Shown here: in pieces, positions 17,210-20,000 of the stretch
Position numbering within the stretch: position 1 is the first letter of the stretch
How the letters are laid out: each line of letters begins with the position of its first letter
The notes under the pieces: model-generated
Seen by the model: only the letters and a program-made list of their open reading frames with translations
The model's database searches: none
Told to the model about the DNA's origin: nothing
Origin: an uncultured virus (IMG/VR IMGVR_UViG_2619619299_000002)
Taxonomy: Duplodnaviria > Heunggongvirae > Uroviricota > Caudoviricetes
IMG/VR virus record: IMGVR_UViG_2619619299_000002
Strand: one strand, 5' to 3'
DNA length: 20,000 nucleotides
Translations under genes and position numbers: made by a program

Positions 17210-17761
17210 TCATTTCGCTACCGGTAAAACCAACTCCTTCTGCCCTTCCACCGTCACGTCATAAACCTTCTCGCTACACACCGAGAACCCCTGCAAATCA
17301 AACTCCACCAGATAGGTCTTGTTCGCTTTCGGCAGAAAGCTGCGCGACAACGGCCCGCACTTTTCCAGGCTGTACGAGGTCCCGCGATCATTGCGCCAGT
17401 TCGCAACGCCTTCCACCACCGTCAACTGATTCGCCGGCACCAACGTCTCCCGGAACGGCCGGGCACGATAGAGCCCATGGGCCAGGCCCTTGTATAACCC
17501 TCGGACAAACGCCGGCGCCTGTTGCTCCAGGGAATCGTTGTAAACAACCCCCACGCTGCTCAAATTCCCCTCGGGCCCAGCGCTGAAGCTCACCTGCGAT
17601 TCGGTGCTGAGCATTCTGAAAATAACCTTCGCATGGTGGTCGTCTGCCGTCAGTACGACCGGCTTGGGTTTGGCCGGCGGCAGGCCTTTATGAGAAGAAC
17701 AACCCGCACCAAAAACAGCCACCAGGCACAACGGAAAGACCCAAGCAAAGGAACGACCCAT
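17210..17761 (-). CDS. Lipoprotein
   Basis: Signal peptide ending FGAGC, a Pro/Lys linker, and CGPLSRSFLPKANKTYLVEF. Alternative start at 17773. Confidence 0.75.
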   Translation of the reverse strand: MGRSFAWVFPLCLVAVFGAGCSSHKGLPPAKPKPVVLTADDHHAKVIFRMLSTESQVSFSAGPEGNLSSVGVVYNDSLEQQAPAFVRGLYKGLAHGLYRARPFRETLVPANQLTVVEGVANWRNDRGTSYSLEKCGPLSRSFLPKANKTYLVEFDLQGFSVCSEKVYDVTVEGQKELVLPVAK

Positions 17762-17828
17762 AGATAAATTCAAACCCTGTTAAATGCCATGATGGTTAAG
17801 TGCGAGATAGCTTAATGCCATCACTTGA

Positions 17829-18269
<441 letters not shown>

Positions 18270-18281
18270 TCGTCAGGCCGT

Positions 18282-18310
18282 AACAGTGCCCCATTTACTG
18301 GGGCGCTGTT
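18282..18310. terminator. Hairpin between the convergent fabI and GNAT remnants
   Basis: AACAGTGCCCCA...TGGGGCGCTGTT. Confidence 0.55.
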
Positions 18311-18313
18311 GCG

Positions 18314-18425
18314 TCAAACCCCTTGCCGCACAAAACACTGCTCCACCACCGACTTGCACCACTGCTGTCCTTCCTGCTCCGACTCCAGCACAAAGCCCAC
18401 GTTTTGATACAGCTTATGGGCGGCG
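18314..18425 (-). pseudogene. C-terminal fragment of a GNAT acetyltransferase
   Basis: AAHKLYQNVGFVLESEQEGQQW matches the AxxLYxxxGF GNAT C-terminal motif. Confidence 0.55.
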
Positions 18426-18699
18426 ACCACTGGTTCAGATATGACGATAAAGGTACCAGTAGTACTCGGTTCGCACATACGGCCCGCGAGGCTCTGCCTT
18501 ACCTGAGCGGTGAAGCATTGGCCCACTGGGCCAAAGGGCCTCTCCCGGACACCAAAAGCTCGTAAACGCTTCACCGCTACCGTCAACAAGGGCGTCTTGC
18601 TCGCGCCATGGCCTAAGATGATTTCGTCAAGATGTGTCTACTGTACGGTTACTTTTAACGCACGGCTTAGCGGTGTTGGTGGATTTTAGTGCTCACCCT

Positions 18700-18845
18700 C
18701 TCCACGGAATTGCTGTAGCGGTCGCCCCGGGCGTCGATGCACATGGCGCTCAGGTAGATCGGCCTGGCCAATTTTCCCCGGCGCGACGCTCTTCAGCGAC
18801 GTGTAATTGATCATGCCCTGGCGGCCGCTCGGGCCGATGTTTATT
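18700..18845 (-). pseudogene. Second, diverged fragment of the phage gene at ~13440-13600
   Basis: INIGPSGRQGMINYTSLKSVAPGKIGQA, then a deletion, then IYLSAMCIDARGDRYSNSVE. Confidence 0.75.
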
Positions 18846-18919
18846 CGCGGGCACGGCTGAATCATTGGGCTGATTTGCAGTCAAAAAATTAACCCTCTCA
18901 AGCAATTAGGACGTTCAAG

Positions 18920-19159
18920 ATGAAGCGCGCAGCAATAACCCTTTTGGCCATTTCTGGTCTTATTCTGCTTGGTGGTTGCGTGCCTATCTGGGACGACGGA
19001 GGACGGTATGGGCATGATCGTTACAGAGGGGATGATCATGGGCGCAGATACGACCAGGGCTACGATGACCAAGGTCGGGGCCGTGGGTATGATCGCCGAT
19101 ACGATGATCGCGGGTATGATCGTTATCACGGTCGAGATCGTGATGATCGGGATGACTGA
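18920..19159 (+). CDS. Small lipoprotein with an R/D/G/Y low-complexity mature part
   Basis: AGGA RBS. Signal peptide MKRAAITLLAISGLILLGGC. Confidence 0.8.
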   Translation: MKRAAITLLAISGLILLGGCVPIWDDGGRYGHDRYRGDDHGRRYDQGYDDQGRGRGYDRRYDDRGYDRYHGRDRDDRDD

Positions 19160-19195
19160 TTCCTTGAGTATCAGTGGCGGCCTATAGCGTTATAG

Positions 19196-19449
19196 GCCGC
19201 GAATTCGTCCGCATCGGATGTCGCTTGAATCCCTTCGAGTGTTGCCCGTCTACGCCGCGACAAAATCCGCTAAGGCCAGGGGCAAGGCAACCACCCTGCT
19301 GTCATCACAGAGGGCTGAGCGATATCCGATACACCGCGCTGGTTGATCAGTTTTCCTGGTTCGCCTCGATCATCTTTTCGATGTCGGTGGCGACCGGCTT
19401 CCTCCAGTTCTTGATCCGGCCTGGCTTCAGGTCGATGTTCAGGATCAGG
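19196..19449. repeat. Direct repeat, copy 2 (~254 bp)
   Basis: Matches 14371-14624 at an offset of 4825 bp. Confidence 0.95.
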
Positions 19450-19502
19450 TAGTCACCGTAATGCTGGGCGGGGAAGAGGTCCGGCACGTAGCCTTCATCG
19501 CA
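19347..19502 (-). pseudogene. 3' remnant of a phage hypothetical gene (longer than in copy 1)
   Basis: CDEGYVPDLFPAQHYGDYLILNIDLKPGRIKNWRKPVATDIEKMIEANQEN*, with no proper 5' end. Confidence 0.65.
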
Positions 19503-19709
19503 CCCACGAACCTCGGCCACCTCGCAATAAGTCGCAGATAGCGAAACGCCCGCTCAGGGGTGGGATACGCATTCAGGTCGGGGAGGGCATCAATCGTCAT
19601 GCTTGCGGCTCCAGGGGAGGGAGAAGCCAGAAGCGCAGCACAAGCAAGGGCGCGCGATCAGCCTTCGAGTCCCGCAATCCTCGCGTGACCCGAAGGGTGT
19701 TAAGCGCGC

Positions 19710-19985
19710 TTAGATGCGGATGATCTGGGTGATGTGCGGCTTACCTTTGAGGGGGGCGTAGATTTCTACGATTGCTGCCCAGATTGCTGGCGAACCAGGC
19801 TGCTGTGCTTTGGCGTGATAGCGATAGTTTGTGCCGGCGACGACCTGGGTCGCAACCGTCTCAGGGGTGTATTGCACCCCCACAAAGCCTTCCAAGGCTT
19901 CTTTGAATACAGCGTGGTCCTTTGGAGTCAGTTCGTGGTAAGCAGTCCATCCGCCAACACCAACGTAGTTTTCTTGAGCTGACAT
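19710..19985 (-). CDS. Cystatin-like protein (91 aa)
   Basis: GGAG RBS before the ATG at 19985. N-terminal VGGW, a helix, then ATQVVAGTNY (QxVxG cystatin signature). Confidence 0.75.
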   Translation of the reverse strand: MSAQENYVGVGGWTAYHELTPKDHAVFKEALEGFVGVQYTPETVATQVVAGTNYRYHAKAQQPGSPAIWAAIVEIYAPLKGKPHITQIIRI

Positions 19986-20000
19986 ACTATAAATCTCCAT

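Overview
Pseudomonas-like DNA in two parts, joined at a tRNA-Ser integration site. Bases 1-6447 are the right end of an apparently intact lambdoid prophage or tail gene cluster. It carries a gpJ-like tail tip, two small tail genes, a tail fibre with two assembly-type ORFs, an antisense Cys-rich moron, a lambda-R-like endolysin, and Rz with an embedded Rz1. It ends in an IHF site and the 3' half of tRNA-Ser(TGA), which is the att core. Bases ~6480-20000 are an older, decayed prophage-derived island at the same tRNA. Most of its minus-strand phage early genes are truncated, fused or frameshifted: integrase, two methyltransferases, a yejK-like gene and several hypotheticals. About a dozen small membrane, secreted or lipoprotein cargo genes remain open, most on the + strand. 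The island also holds a ~254-bp direct repeat with a candidate structured RNA, an ectopic fabI 3' fragment and a cystatin-like (QVVAG) gene. All family assignments come from motif recognition by eye; no database search was run.
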